DNA of 64,000 nucleotides from the human T2T-CHM13v2.0 reference genome, Homo sapiens: NCBI GenBank assembly GCA_009914755.4, contig CP086569.2, positions 5,344,001 to 5,408,000 of the forward strand, read 5' to 3'. Shown piece by piece: positions 62,706 to 64,000 of this stretch (position 1 is its first letter; each line of letters starts with the position of its first letter). The notes under the pieces were generated by a model. It saw only the letters and a program-made list of their open reading frames with translations, ran no database searches and was not told where the DNA came from. The position numbers and the translations under genes were made by a program.

Positions 62706-64000
62706 TATATCATTTTCCAGTGAAAATGACTTTGCATCAATTTCTTCATCACAAATAGGCTACAATCTCGATATTGAAACTATGATGTATTATTTTTTGT
62801 GAAATTTCAGGCTGCCAGATAAATGGCTTTTCTGATGACCAGGAAATTAAATTTTGTTTGAAAGTAAAGTTATATGTGTGTTCATGTATTTTCATGCCTG
62901 CAATTATGGTTTAATATTATCTGAAATATATAAAACTATATTCCCAACTATTTCTCAAATATAATTGTGCAAAAAATATAGAACATTTTAAACGTTAATC
63001 TCCTAGGGACACGTTTATTTTAAGTGAGCTCTAAATAAAGAAAGATAAATGGTTATCTAATGCGGAGCTATTAGTCTTACTATAACTTATTTTACATCCT
63101 ATTCTTTGGTACTAAGCATGATAGGGTAATGACAGTCACTGGACTCTATAACAAATTGAATCTCTATTTTTATTTTTTAAAATTATGTACAAAAACTTGA
63201 ATTGCCATTATCACTCAGCAAGCACACATGTTCAGAGAGAAGAAAAAGAGAATTTTTTTTTTCTTTTCTGGAGACCTAAGTGTGAAAACAAATTATACTA
63301 ATCATTTATAAAGTTATTTGAAATTAACTAGTGGTTGCAACCCAAAGTTAAGAAAATAGTGAAGATTATATGGACAGTTTCTTTCTCTAAAAATAACCAA
63401 ATTCTTCCTTCCTGTTCTGCTCTTCTCTTAATACCATGCACCTGAACAAAAATCATTATGTCATTTTTCTAGCTTTGTGAAGGTAGAAAATGTATGAGGC
63501 TAAGTGTCTTAGAAAACCTTTGTATTATCGTTTATCCTATGGTTTCTGTAAATAAATGATATTCTTATCTTTTTAAATATTTCCACACATTATTTTCAAA
63601 ATTATGTTTTGAATTTGATAACTTTGTATTAAAAATATTTCAAGCAGTGAGTCCACAAAGAAGCATGTATTATTTGGATGCAATACTATTTAATTTGATT
63701 AGGATATTTTTCTGGAAAAAATAATTCTGAATTGAATAAAGGAGGCAAAAGATAATTTATAAAAAGTAAAATTTCTCAACAGTTGACATCACTCATTGCT
63801 GTTTTTTATATTTACGTACAATAAAATTCACTCATGTTCTATAGTTCTACCAGTTTTGACAAATGCATACAATCATGTATCTATCACCATTTTCATATAG
63901 AGAACACTTTCATTACTCCCAAAATTTATTTGTGCTGCTCTGCTAGTCAACATTACCTGAATTCCCAGCTCCTGGCGATCACCGGTATGTTTTTCATCCC

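Overview
This window is primate nuclear DNA, almost certainly human or another hominoid, not a prokaryotic or phage locus. It is AT-rich and CpG-depleted outside young Alus, and more than half of it is recognisable transposable elements.

What I can support from the sequence:
- About 12 Alu copies, several of them AluY-like with intact target-site duplications.
- Several L1 elements of different ages. One antisense L1PA-like copy keeps its 5'UTR but is truncated at its 3' end. One L1 shows a 5' inversion typical of twin priming. Several older L1M/L1PB-like fragments carry ORF1 or ORF2 remnants.
- A dense cluster of ERVL-MaLR (THE1/MST-type) elements. Four retain LTR pairs. Three are intact, and the fourth has a truncated 3' LTR. 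There is also one solo-LTR remnant.
- A candidate degenerate class I endogenous retrovirus. It has a primer-binding site matching tRNA-Pro at 16 of 18 positions, decayed by CpG transitions.
- Assorted microsatellites: (CA)n, (TA)n, (GT)n, (AAAG)n and a 48-nt poly-T.

Every six-frame ORF of 60 aa or more that I checked falls inside a transposon. These are L1 ORF1/ORF2 remnants, MaLR internal ORFs and Alu-derived frames, or they look like chance open frames in AT-rich DNA. I see no convincing host exon, tRNA, rRNA, CpG island, CRISPR array or operon, and no novel biological system. The interest here is the nesting and age structure of the retroelements.

All coordinates were read by eye and are approximate, to about ±10-20 bp. 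Family and subfamily names are my recognition of consensus motifs and need RepeatMasker/Dfam confirmation.
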